Part shown: piece by piece, positions 9,093-18,286 of the stretch
Position numbering within the stretch: the stretch's first letter is position 1
How the letters are laid out: each line of letters starts with the position of its first letter
IMG/VR virus record: IMGVR_UViG_3300005532_000007
Location: 1 to 64,000 of that record
Origin: a virus
Length of the DNA stretch: 64,000 nucleotides
Direction: 5' to 3' (one strand)
The notes under the pieces: model-generated
The model's input: the letters and a program-made list of their open reading frames with translations, nothing else
Databases searched by the model: none
What the model was told of the DNA's origin: nothing
Made by a program: the position numbers and the translations under genes

Positions 9093-12000
9093 ATGGTGTC
9101 CGTTTCCCTCGGCGCCTCATCCAAGCTGGACAAGTCCGGCGGCACCCTGACCGGGCCGCTGATCCTCGCGCGCGACCCGCAGCTGCCGCTGGAGGCCGCC
9201 ACCCGGCAGTGGGTGCTGGCCAGCGGCGGCGGGATCCCCCCGAGCACGGTCACGACCAAGGGCGACCTGATCGCCGCGACCGGGGCATCTGCGGTCACCC
9301 GGTTCGGGGTCGGCGCAGACGGCCAGGTGCTCACCGCGGCCTCTGGGCAGCCGACCGGACTGCAATGGGCGTCGCTGCCGTCGATCCCCGGCGCCGCCGC
9401 GAGCGTCGTGGCCGAAACCGGATACGGACAGTCCTCCGCGATCGGCGTGCTGACCAGTTACGCGCGCGAAGACCACACCCACGGCTCGCCGTTGCTGGCC
9501 TCCACCGCGCCGGCCACCACGTTGGGGATCGGGCAAGCCGCCGCGACCGGTACCGGCACAGTGCCGGCGCGCTCGGATCATGTCCACCCGCTCGCGGCCG
9601 CCGGCCTACCCGGCGGTTCCGCGGTCGGGGACACGGCCGCGACCGGCGCAGCGACCACGTTCGCCGCCAGCGACCACAGGCACGGACGCGAGAGCTTCGG
9701 CGCGGTCACCGCCCTCACCGCGTTCGGCACCGCGAGCAGCAACGGGATCAGCGCCTCGCCCGCGCGCGCGGACCACGTCCACGGCGCGCCCGCGCTGCCC
9801 GCCGCGAGCACCACCAGCGCGGGGATCGTGCAACTGGACGGCACCGCCACCGATATCGCCGCGCTCGGCGCTCAGGCGGCGGGCAGCGTCGGCAAGGCCG
9901 CGGACGCCGGGCATGTGCATCCGACCACTGGAGTGGTCCTGACCTCCAGCCTTCCGCTGTCGATCGCGCAGGGCGGCAGTGGCCAGACCACGCAGCAGGC
10001 AGCGATCAACGCGCTCACCGGAGCACAGACCGCGGGCCGCTATCTGCGCTCCGACGGCACGAACGCGGCACTGTCCACGATCCAGGCCGGTGATGTCCCG
10101 ACACTGAACCAGAACACCACGGGGACCGCTGCCGGACTGTCTGCGACGCTCGCCATCGGCTCCGGCGGCACGGGCCAGACCTCGCAACAGGCCGCGATCA
10201 ATGCCCTGACGGGCGTGCAGAGCGCCGGGCGCTACCTGAGGTCCGACGGCACGAATGCCGCTCTCGCGTCGATTCAGGCCGCCGATGTTCCGACGCTGAA
10301 TCAGAACACGACCGGAACGGCCGCTGGCCTGTCGGCGACCCTGGCCATCGCGTCCGGGGGAACCGGGCAGACCACGGCCACCGCCGCCGCCAACGCGCTC
10401 ACCAACACGGTATGGGTCAAACCGCCGTCCGGGGACAGCACCGGGGCCACCGACCAGGCGAACATCAACGCCGCGATCGCCGCGCTCCCCGCCGGCGGCG
10501 GCAGGGTGCAGCTGCAGGCCGGTACATACATCGTGCCCGCCCCGGCGTCCGCGTCCAGCGGCTGCATCAACATGAGCGTCAACAACTCCACGCTCGCGGG
10601 CATGGGCATCGGCGTCACCGTCATCCAGCTCGCCGCCGGGTCCACCGGCGTGACCGGGATCGTGCGCACGCCCTCGGGCGTGTCGAACTCGAAGATCACC
10701 TTCCGTGATTTCACGATCGACGGCAACAAGGCCGCGCAGACCGGCAACCCGACGATCATCGGGTTCTTCTGCGGCGTCACCCCCAACAGCGCGCTCACCG
10801 ACACGGACATCACGGTGGTCCGCGTCGAGGCGATGAACTGCGTCGGCTACGGCTTCGACCCGCACGAGCGCACCACGCGCCTGCTCATGATCGGCTGCGT
10901 CTCGCACGACAACGGATCGGACGGGGCGCACGACGGATTCACCCTCGACGCCCAGTACGACAGCACGCTGATCGGGTGCGTCGCCTACAACAACGGCCGC
11001 CACGGGTTCAACCTCGTCACGGCCAGCACCCGTGTGCGGCTGATCGGCTGCGAGTCCTACGGCAACACCGGCGCCGGGTACGTGATGCAGAACGGCGCGA
11101 AATACAACACGCTGACCGGCTGCACCGCCTACAACAACACCCTCGAGGGCGTCCTGATCAACGGAGTGGCGCAGAGCGGACAGCAGGACAACACCCCCGG
11201 CTCCGACAACACCGTCACCGGATGCACCATCGCCGGCAGCGGCACCCACGGCATCCACCTGGTCGGGGCGCTGCGGGCCACCGTCACCAGTAACACGATC
11301 CTGGACTCCTCGCAGACCACCACCAACACCTCCAACCAGATCTACCTGGACGAATCCGGGACCACGTACAGCACGTACTGCACGATCACCGGCAACAACC
11401 TCAACGTGACCGGTGTTGCGGCCACACCGAAATACGGGGTGCTGGAGAAGACCAGCAACGAGGACTTCAACCTCGTCACCAGCAACAAGAGCTACGGCGC
11501 GACGACCGGGCAGATCAGCCTCGCGGGCACCACCAGCAAAGCGATGGCCGCGCACAACGGCACCGTCGGCGAGCACCCGACCAGCTTCGCGTACAGCATG
11601 TTCGGGCCCTCCTACCACGGTCTGAGCGACTGGACCTACGACCCCGTCGGCATCGGGTCCACCACCAGCGCCATCACCAGCGGCACCGTGTATTTCGCCG
11701 CGGTCACCCCGCAAGCATCCGGCACCCTCACCAACATCAACCTGTACCTGGGCACCCAGGGCTCGACGTTGACCGCCGGGCAGTCGCTGGTCGGCCTGTA
11801 CTCCCTCTCCGGCGGGGTCGCCACCCTGCTCTCTTCCAGCGCCGACCAGTCCACGAACTGGTCCACCGCGGGCAACGCCAACAAGATCAGCACCGTCGCG
11901 TTGACCACCCCGCAGGCCGTCACCGCGGGCACCACCTACCTGGTCGGCATCCTGTCGGTGGGCACCACACCCCCGTCGTTCGGGCGCGGCGGCAGCTCCA

Positions 12001-12155
12001 CCGCCTCACCCCCCGACCTCGGCCTGTCCAAGAGCACCCCGCTGCGTTACGCGACGCACGTCACGCTCTCGCAGACCGCGCTGCCCGCGTCCGTGACCCT
12101 GAACACCGACGTCACCGCCACCAGCGCACTGTCCCACTGGATCGGGCTGAGCTGA
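9093..12155 (+). CDS. Fibre/spike protein with right-handed beta-helix (putative depolymerase)
   Basis: DHxH repeats, GGTG fibre repeats, DQANINAAI..GGRVQLQAGTY pectate-lyase-like start, Asn-ladder repeats. Confidence 0.85.
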   Translation: MVSVSLGASSKLDKSGGTLTGPLILARDPQLPLEAATRQWVLASGGGIPPSTVTTKGDLIAATGASAVTRFGVGADGQVLTAASGQPTGLQWASLPSIPGAAASVVAETGYGQSSAIGVLTSYAREDHTHGSPLLASTAPATTLGIGQAAATGTGTVPARSDHVHPLAAAGLPGGSAVGDTAATGAATTFAASDHRHGRESFGAVTALTAFGTASSNGISASPARADHVHGAPALPAASTTSAGIVQLDGTATDIAALGAQAAGSVGKAADAGHVHPTTGVVLTSSLPLSIAQGGSGQTTQQAAINALTGAQTAGRYLRSDGTNAALSTIQAGDVPTLNQNTTGTAAGLSATLAIGSGGTGQTSQQAAINALTGVQSAGRYLRSDGTNAALASIQAADVPTLNQNTTGTAAGLSATLAIASGGTGQTTATAAANALTNTVWVKPPSGDSTGATDQANINAAIAALPAGGGRVQLQAGTYIVPAPASASSGCINMSVNNSTLAGMGIGVTVIQLAAGSTGVTGIVRTPSGVSNSKITFRDFTIDGNKAAQTGNPTIIGFFCGVTPNSALTDTDITVVRVEAMNCVGYGFDPHERTTRLLMIGCVSHDNGSDGAHDGFTLDAQYDSTLIGCVAYNNGRHGFNLVTASTRVRLIGCESYGNTGAGYVMQNGAKYNTLTGCTAYNNTLEGVLINGVAQSGQQDNTPGSDNTVTGCTIAGSGTHGIHLVGALRATVTSNTILDSSQTTTNTSNQIYLDESGTTYSTYCTITGNNLNVTGVAATPKYGVLEKTSNEDFNLVTSNKSYGATTGQISLAGTTSKAMAAHNGTVGEHPTSFAYSMFGPSYHGLSDWTYDPVGIGSTTSAITSGTVYFAAVTPQASGTLTNINLYLGTQGSTLTAGQSLVGLYSLSGGVATLLSSSADQSTNWSTAGNANKISTVALTTPQAVTAGTTYLVGILSVGTTPPSFGRGGSSTASPPDLGLSKSTPLRYATHVTLSQTALPASVTLNTDVTATSALSHWIGLS
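9957..10380 (+). repeat. Tandem 192-bp (64-aa) duplication inside the fibre gene
   Basis: RYLRSDGTNAAL..DVPTLNQNTTGTAAGLSAT occurs twice; ccgacggcac at 10051 and 10243. Confidence 0.85.
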
Positions 12156-14248
12156 TGACCGCGACCGCATACGGATCCGGGGACAAGCTGCCGCTGACCG
12201 GCGGCACCCTCACCGGCACCCTCACCCTGACCGGCAACCCGGCGATGACGGTGGCCGCCGGCGCCGCCACCGGCAAGGTGTGGAGCAGCGACGCATCCGG
12301 CAACGGCACATGGGACTACACCGCCGGACCCTGGATCAACGTCAAAAACAGTGCGTACGGCGCGAAAGTCGACGGCACCACCGACGACACCGCCGCCGTC
12401 CAGGGCGCACTCAACGCCCTGGCCACCTTCGGCGGCGGCACCGTCGTCATCCCCGCCGGAACCTGCGTGCTGACCCCGACCGGCAGCCCCGCGCTCGCCC
12501 TGAGCATCCCGTCGAACACACGCCTGGCCGGCGCGGGCCGCACCGCCACGATCCTGAAGAAAGCCGCCAACGGCACCCTGATCAGCATGTCCGGCCCGAG
12601 TTCAGACCTGACCGGCGCCACGCACTGCCGGTTCTCCAGCCTGGAGAACCTCACCCTGCACGGCAACAGCCTGACCGGGCTGCTGGTACAGGCCTACTAC
12701 GCCGACAACCTGGTCTTCCGGGACGTGCGCTGGCTCAACAACGCGGATGTGTGCCTGGACACCGCGGAGTTCTGGGACAACCGGTTCTACAACTGCCTGT
12801 GGGATTCGTGCGGCAGCGCGAGCGCGAACGCGACCGTGCCGAATGTGTGGCTGCGCTCCTCGGCCGCCGCCTCAGGGTTCGGCTACTCCACCGACGTGCT
12901 CAACCAGGCCTATTTCCAAGGCTGCCGGTTCGAGAACTTCACCACCGGCGCGGTGCGGATCGAACGCGGACCGGGCGGCGGGATCAGCCAGCCCAACGGC
13001 GTCTACTTCGTCGAGTGCAAGTTCGAAACCAGCAGCCTCAACGGCTCCAGCCACCTGTTCGTCGACACCCCATGCCGGGATATCAACCTCAAGGCGTGCT
13101 ACTTCTACAGTGGCGGCTTCCACTCCGGGTACTCCACCGCGCAGGACGTCATCTCCTTCTCCCCCCAGTTCGGGACGCTGGACGACGTCCTGGTCTTCAA
13201 CGCCTCCGCCAGCGCCTGTGTCGCCAACGGCGTCACCGTCAACTCGGCGACCGCGAATCGCAACGTGGTGCTGCGCAACGTGCACGGCTCCTATCCGAGC
13301 GCCGCCCCGACGGGCGCGCACATCAGATTCGGGACGCAGACCGGCGGGATCCTGACCGACAACTGCACCACCGACAACGGTGCGCTCTACAGCGGCACCA
13401 CCCCGAACGCCCCGGCAGCGGGGGTCAGCAACACCCAGACGTTCACCGCGTCGGGCACCTGGACCAAACCGCCGGGCGCGGTCATGGTCACGGTGCTGCT
13501 GGTCGGCGGCGGAGGCGGCGGCGGGTCGGGCGCGGTGGAGGCCTCCGGGACGGTGTCCTCCGGCGGCGCGGGCGGCGGCGGCGGCGGATACAGCATCGTG
13601 ACCCTGCCCGCGAGCCTGCTCAATAGCACCGAGAGCGTCACCGTCGGCACCGGGGGCGCCGGCGGCAGCGCGGTCGGCACGGGCGCGAGCGTCGGCAATG
13701 CGGGCGGCAACGGCAACCCGAGCAGTTTCAAATCCACCAGCTTCGCCGTGGCCGGAGGCGGCGGGGGCGGCGCGGGCGGTTCGACCGGGTCCGCCAGCGG
13801 CGGTTTCTCCGGCGGCGGCAGCAGCAACGGCGCGCCGGGCGCGAACTCCTCCGGCAGCGGCGGCGCGGGCGCGACGAACTTCAACGCGCAGCAGGGCGGC
13901 GCGGGCGGCGGTTCGGGCGCCGGGCTGGCCACCACCCCGGCGAACGCGGCCGGCGGCGCGGGCGCGCAGGTCGCCGCGTCCGCGGGGGTGCTGGGGGGCG
14001 CCGCGGGCGCCTCCGGCGGCGGCGCGGGCGGCGCGGGGCAGAGCGCGGGCGCGAACTACCCGATCGCGGGCACGGGCGGCGGCGGCGGCGGGGCGAGCAC
14101 CACCGGCAACGGCGGCGCCGGAGGCGCGGGCGGCAACTATGGCGGCGCCGGAGGAGGCGGCGGTGGCGCGCTGACCACCCACACGTCCGGCGCGGGCGGC
14201 GCCGGAGCCGGCGGCATCGTCGTCGTCATCACCACGACGGCCACGTAA
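12155..14248 (+). CDS. Second fibre/spike protein: beta-helix plus glycine-rich C-terminal domain
   Basis: YGAKVDGTTDDTAAVQ..GGTVVIPAGT motif; FTASGTWTKP..VGGGGGGGSG Gly-rich domain. Confidence 0.85.
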   Translation: MTATAYGSGDKLPLTGGTLTGTLTLTGNPAMTVAAGAATGKVWSSDASGNGTWDYTAGPWINVKNSAYGAKVDGTTDDTAAVQGALNALATFGGGTVVIPAGTCVLTPTGSPALALSIPSNTRLAGAGRTATILKKAANGTLISMSGPSSDLTGATHCRFSSLENLTLHGNSLTGLLVQAYYADNLVFRDVRWLNNADVCLDTAEFWDNRFYNCLWDSCGSASANATVPNVWLRSSAAASGFGYSTDVLNQAYFQGCRFENFTTGAVRIERGPGGGISQPNGVYFVECKFETSSLNGSSHLFVDTPCRDINLKACYFYSGGFHSGYSTAQDVISFSPQFGTLDDVLVFNASASACVANGVTVNSATANRNVVLRNVHGSYPSAAPTGAHIRFGTQTGGILTDNCTTDNGALYSGTTPNAPAAGVSNTQTFTASGTWTKPPGAVMVTVLLVGGGGGGGSGAVEASGTVSSGGAGGGGGGYSIVTLPASLLNSTESVTVGTGGAGGSAVGTGASVGNAGGNGNPSSFKSTSFAVAGGGGGGAGGSTGSASGGFSGGGSSNGAPGANSSGSGGAGATNFNAQQGGAGGGSGAGLATTPANAAGGAGAQVAASAGVLGGAAGASGGGAGGAGQSAGANYPIAGTGGGGGGASTTGNGGAGGAGGNYGGAGGGGGGALTTHTSGAGGAGAGGIVVVITTTAT

Positions 14249-14261
14249 GGCAGGTGGCGGC

Positions 14262-15020
14262 GTGGACGTGACACAAGGGCAGCCGGGGACCTTCAACAGC
14301 CTGTGGTACGACGACACCGGCACGATGCTGGTGAACCTCGCGAGCATCGCGTTCGCGATCGTGGACCAGGCCGGGGACGTGGTGCTCGCCCCCACCGGCG
14401 CGGGCATCGTGCATGTGGCGACCGGGGTGTACACCTACACCTGGAACGTGCCCGCCGATCAGCCGCCCGGGGACTACGCGGCGATCTGGACCGGCACCGA
14501 CACCGGCGGCGCCCCGGTGCTCTCCGACGAGGACTTCGAGGTTCTCGCCTCGAACCCGAACATCTCCCCGCTCGGCTCGTGGGCGAGCCTCGACGACGTG
14601 GCCACCTACACGGGGATCACCGCGACCACCGCGCATCTCACCCGCGCGCAGGCGATCATCGACATGTTCGCGGGCCGCACCTACGACGCGCAGCCCAGGA
14701 CCGGGACGCGCGACCAGTACTGGCTCAAGCTCGCCGTCTCCTACCAGGCCGCGTGGCTGACCGCGCAACCGGACGCGTTCCAGCGCATCGACCTGGCGGC
14801 GATCACCATGTCGAACCGCGCGGTCGCGCTGAAGGACGACTCGCTGCGCGTCGCGCCGCTGGCCGCCAAAGCCCTCTCGAAAGTCTCCTGGCTGCGCGGC
14901 CGCTCCCTGCACGTCCAAGCCCCGTTCACCGACAGCTTCGGCGGGCTGCTCAACCCCAACGCCGACAGCAGCGCGAACGACCTGGCGTTCCCCTGGTACC
15001 CCGTCAGCGACTACACGTAA
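14262..15020 (+). CDS. Head-tail adaptor with extra N-terminal beta-sandwich domain
   Basis: WASLDDVATYTG..AQAIID..LKLAVSYQAAW helical adaptor domain; synteny. Confidence 0.75.
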   Translation: MDVTQGQPGTFNSLWYDDTGTMLVNLASIAFAIVDQAGDVVLAPTGAGIVHVATGVYTYTWNVPADQPPGDYAAIWTGTDTGGAPVLSDEDFEVLASNPNISPLGSWASLDDVATYTGITATTAHLTRAQAIIDMFAGRTYDAQPRTGTRDQYWLKLAVSYQAAWLTAQPDAFQRIDLAAITMSNRAVALKDDSLRVAPLAAKALSKVSWLRGRSLHVQAPFTDSFGGLLNPNADSSANDLAFPWYPVSDYT

Positions 15021-15030
15021 GGAGGCGAAC

Positions 15031-15372
15031 ATGTACGCTCTGGCGACCACCACGGTCAGCATCCTGCGCGGCACCACCACCGACGACGTCGGCGACGAAG
15101 TCGACACCGGCGACGTGTACGCCTCCGGGATCATCGCCGCGCTGATCGAGAAGAACCACACCACGTGGGACCGCGCCACCCAGCAGCGGCGCACCGTGCG
15201 CGTGATCACCTGCACGCTGCCCTCGGGTACGGACGTCACCTCCGAGGACCGGATCCGCGACGAGAAAACCGGCTACGTGTACGCGATCACCGACGTGACG
15301 CAGCCGTACGCCGTCGGGATCGTCCCGGACCTGGACCTGGAGCTCAAGCGCATCACGAGCGTGACCGCATGA
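15031..15372 (+). CDS. Head closure / stopper protein
   Basis: DDVGDEVD, GTDVTSEDRIRD..YAI motifs; synteny. Confidence 0.75.
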   Translation: MYALATTTVSILRGTTTDDVGDEVDTGDVYASGIIAALIEKNHTTWDRATQQRRTVRVITCTLPSGTDVTSEDRIRDEKTGYVYAITDVTQPYAVGIVPDLDLELKRITSVTA

Positions 15373-15704
15373 GCACCGTCGTCGTCTTCGAACCGGACTG
15401 GACGCAGCGCGTCCACGAGCGCACCGACGCGCTGTTTCTCGACCGGCTCGGTCCGGCGATCGTCGCCGACGAACGCCGCTACTGCCCGGTGGACACCGGC
15501 AACCTGCTCGAGCACTGCGAGCCGCCTCGCCTCGGCGGCGACGGCGGCCACGACCTGATCATCGAGAACAGCGCCGACTACGCCCGCTGGGTCGAAGAAG
15601 GCCACTGGACCCCCGCGCAGATCAACGGGCACCCGGCGCACCAGAGCTGGGTGCCGCCGCAGCCGTTCATCCGCCCCGCGGTGTATCAGGAGCGTGCCGG
15701 ATGA
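15369..15704 (+). CDS. HK97 gp10-like neck protein
   Basis: CPVDTGNL, YARWVEEG, PQPFIRPA motifs. Confidence 0.85.
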   Translation: MSTVVVFEPDWTQRVHERTDALFLDRLGPAIVADERRYCPVDTGNLLEHCEPPRLGGDGGHDLIIENSADYARWVEEGHWTPAQINGHPAHQSWVPPQPFIRPAVYQERAG

Positions 15705-16171
15705 GCCTGCCGCTGCGCCCGAACACCGAGCTGGTCGTCATGGCGTGGATCGCCTCCATTCCCGGGCTGTCCAGCGACATGGTGGCCACCAGCCTGCCGG
15801 ACCCCTCGGCGTGGAGCGAGGACGGATTCGTGGTGGTCACCGCCGGGGTGGGCACCACCGCGCTGGACGTGCCCGCACGCAACCCGGTCACGCAGATCGA
15901 CGCCTACGCGACCCATCCCACCAGCAACAAACCGCCGTGGGGCCGGGTGGATCTGCTGTGCGATCACATCATCGCCGAGACCCGGCAGCGCGATAGCTCC
16001 GTACGGGACCTGCCGCTCAGCGCCGGAAGCATCACCTACCCGCCGGTGCGCGTCTCCGGGGTCCGCGCGCTGACCGAGCCGCGCCGCGCCTACGGCGACC
16101 CGGCGGACTGGGCGCACAAGGTGTTCGACCTGCAGTTGCTGTGGGTCGAGACGGAGGCGACCTACTCGTGA
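15701..16171 (+). CDS. Tail terminator protein
   Basis: Size, position and PVTQIDAYA strand pattern. Confidence 0.65.
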   Translation: MSLPLRPNTELVVMAWIASIPGLSSDMVATSLPDPSAWSEDGFVVVTAGVGTTALDVPARNPVTQIDAYATHPTSNKPPWGRVDLLCDHIIAETRQRDSSVRDLPLSAGSITYPPVRVSGVRALTEPRRAYGDPADWAHKVFDLQLLWVETEATYS

Positions 16172-16178
16172 GGAGGCT

Positions 16179-16388
16179 GTGGTGGCGATGAAGCAGGGCG
16201 GCAAATCCGCCATCAAGATCAACCCGGCGAACAAGGGCAAGCTGCGCGCCGCCGCCGGGGTGAAGAAGGGCCAGAAGATCCCCGTCGCGAAGCTGCAGAC
16301 GCTGGCCAAGTCCAAGAACAAAACCACGCGGGCCCGCGCCCAGTTCGCGCTCAACGCCCGCAACTTCTCCAACAGGAAGAAAGGCTGA
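16179..16388 (+). CDS. Small highly basic phage protein
   Basis: IKINPANKGKL..KIP..RARAQFALNA motif; AGGAGG RBS. Confidence 0.7.
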   Translation: MVAMKQGGKSAIKINPANKGKLRAAAGVKKGQKIPVAKLQTLAKSKNKTTRARAQFALNARNFSNRKKG

Positions 16389-16394
16389 CCGGCC

Positions 16395-16757
16395 ATGACG
16401 CTGCTCACCCCCACCCCGCAGACCCCCACCGCGGCCGGCGGCGTCGGCGGGTACGTGCCCACGTACACCTCGCTCGGCTCCAACACCGGACTGACGTTCA
16501 CCAACGACGGCAAGTCGTGGGTGGAGGTGGTCACCACCGGCACCGCGACCACGGTCACGGAGAAGGTCGGGCGCAAGGTGCAGAACCAGACGGTCACCTC
16601 GCCGACCACGAACGTGGCCGCGACCACGCCGGCGCCGGTGAAGTTCGGGCCCTACCCGTCGGATTTCAACCAGCCCGGCACGCAGACCGTCGAGCTGGAC
16701 TTCTCCTCCTCCGTCGGCGTCAGCGTCGCGCTGTTCCGTCTGCCCGGCGTGTCCTGA
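16395..16757 (+). CDS. Small beta-rich structural protein
   Basis: FTNDGK..FGPYP motif; in the tail operon. Confidence 0.65.
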   Translation: MTLLTPTPQTPTAAGGVGGYVPTYTSLGSNTGLTFTNDGKSWVEVVTTGTATTVTEKVGRKVQNQTVTSPTTNVAATTPAPVKFGPYPSDFNQPGTQTVELDFSSSVGVSVALFRLPGVS

Positions 16758-16799
16758 CGCCGGGAACTACCGGCCGCGACCGAAAGGAGGTTTCCACTG

Positions 16800-16989
16800 A
16801 TGCCAGCGAAGAAGGGCCACCGCAAGTCTCCAGGCCCGGCTCACAGCAAGGCTCAGTGGCGACAACCGCTGGATGTACGCCACGCATAAGCCGTTCGCGA
16901 AGAAGTGGTCCGAGCAGATCGTGGCCACCCGCGGCAAGAAAACCGGTTACCGCGCGCTACCGGCCCGTAAAGGCGTCCGCAAGCGCTAG
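16800..16989 (+). pseudogene. Small basic protein gene broken by a 7-bp insertion
   Basis: Strong RBS; MPAKK..SKAQWR joins WMYATHKPFAKKW..RKR* if 16862-16868 is removed. Confidence 0.6.
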
Positions 16990-17055
16990 CGCAACCCGCA
17001 CAACCCGCACCATTCCTGTGATCCCCGGTAGACGGGGAACGAACGGAGCACCCCG

Positions 17056-17637
17056 ATGACAGGCACGCCCGGCAACATCGTCACCGGCGCCGGCAAGCTC
17101 TACGTCGCCAGCTTCGGCGCGACCGAGCCCGCCGACTCCTCCATGTCCCCCTACACCGTGCCCGACTCGAGCGTGTGGACCGACTGCGGTCTGACGACCG
17201 GCGGCATCGTGTGGGAGGACGACCTTCCCGTCACCGACCTGACGGTCGACCAGTTCCTCGGCCCGGTCGCCGGCGCGTACGTCAACGGCACCGCGCTGTC
17301 CACGATCACCGTGACGATGGCGGAATCCACGCTGGACAACTACGCGCTGGCGCTCAACAAGCTGGTGACCCGCAACTCGGGCACCGGGTGGGCCAGCGCC
17401 GAGGCGCTCGCCGCGTCGCTGCCGCCGGTGCCCACGTATGCGGCGGTGATGGTGGACGGCTGGGCGCCGGGCGGTTCGTTCCGGCGGCGGATGATCGGGC
17501 GCAAGTGTCTGTCGAAAGCGAAGGTGCAGAACACCGTCGCCCAGGACGGCAAGATCAACGGGGTGGCGGCGACCTGGACCATGTACGAGGTCTCCGAGAC
17601 CGTCGGGCGCTGGAAGCGGATCGACCAGACGGCCTGA
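17056..17637 (+). CDS. Major tail (tube) protein
   Basis: NIVTGAGKLYVA, WTDCGLTTGG, MAESTLDN motifs; precedes the chaperone and TMP genes. Confidence 0.85.
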   Translation: MTGTPGNIVTGAGKLYVASFGATEPADSSMSPYTVPDSSVWTDCGLTTGGIVWEDDLPVTDLTVDQFLGPVAGAYVNGTALSTITVTMAESTLDNYALALNKLVTRNSGTGWASAEALAASLPPVPTYAAVMVDGWAPGGSFRRRMIGRKCLSKAKVQNTVAQDGKINGVAATWTMYEVSETVGRWKRIDQTA

Positions 17638-17969
17638 TGACGATGACCACCGCGAAAACCACCACCGCGCCCGCCGCGCCAGACAACAACGACGAGCCCG
17701 AGGACCGGGTGCCCGCGTTCAAGGTCGGCGAGCACACCTATACCTTCCCCGCGCACGTGCCCGTCGGCTGGGGCCTGACCTACCTGCGGCTGTTCTACAG
17801 CACCGGGCAGGACCACGCCCTGATCTGGTCGCTGGGCAAGCTGCTGGGTTTCGAGCAGCTAGGCCGGCTCGAAACAGACCCGGCGCTCACGCGCGCAGAC
17901 CTGGACGAGGCGGCCGAGGCCTGCAAGCGGGCGCTGCTCGGGGATCTGGAGAACCCAAAAGGCTCCTAG
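17637..17969 (+). CDS. Tail assembly chaperone (gpG-like)
   Basis: Position; ends ENPKGS with a slippery heptamer. Confidence 0.8.
   Translation: MTMTTAKTTTAPAAPDNNDEPEDRVPAFKVGEHTYTFPAHVPVGWGLTYLRLFYSTGQDHALIWSLGKLLGFEQLGRLETDPALTRADLDEAAEACKRALLGDLENPKGS
17954..17960 (+). other. Programmed -1 ribosomal frameshift site C CCA AAA
   Basis: X XXY YYZ heptamer in the chaperone frame; the -1 frame is open and continuous with ORF 17996-18286. Confidence 0.8.
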
Positions 17970-18286
17970 CGGCGCGCGCGCAGCAAACCGGGTGGGTGCT
18001 GGCGTACTGGCGGGACGTGGTCAGCGACTTCAGCGTCTTCCACCGCGTCCGCTCACCCGAGCGCTGCGACGAGCTGGACGCCCCGGGATTCTTCGCGCTC
18101 GCGCACCGGCTCGACCTGTACGGAGGCGCGGTCGCGCTGCGCGTCGCCCAGCAGCGGCAGCAGCACACGGCGCCGCTGCCGGGTCCGGCCGGGGCGCCGA
18201 TGGAGTTCGACGAGTACTTCGCAGGCCGCAAAATCCAGCTGATCGAGGCCGCGGCGAGGATGGAAGGAGGTGGCGCGGATGCCTGA
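17960..18286 (+). CDS. Frameshift extension of the tail assembly chaperone (gpGT-like)
   Basis: WVLAYWRDVVSDFSVFHRV..FFALAHRL.Y.GAV; no own RBS. Confidence 0.75.
   Translation, partial: RLLAARAQQTGWVLAYWRDVVSDFSVFHRVRSPERCDELDAPGFFALAHRLDLYGGAVALRVAQQRQQHTAPLPGPAGAPMEFDEYFAGRKIQLIEAAARMEGGGADA

Noticed and set aside
9957-10380. 192-bp duplication as a diversity-generating retroelement TR/VR pair
   Set aside because: Tandem and in-frame, differences are not adenine-specific, and no reverse transcriptase is present in the window
9606-11714. Long minus-strand ORFs over the fibre, capsid and TMP genes
   Set aside because: Stop-poor antisense frames expected at about 70% GC; Arg/Gly/Pro-rich with no motifs
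13500-14220. Dense GGCGGC repeats
   Set aside because: Explained by the glycine-rich protein domain; no repeat-spacer structure
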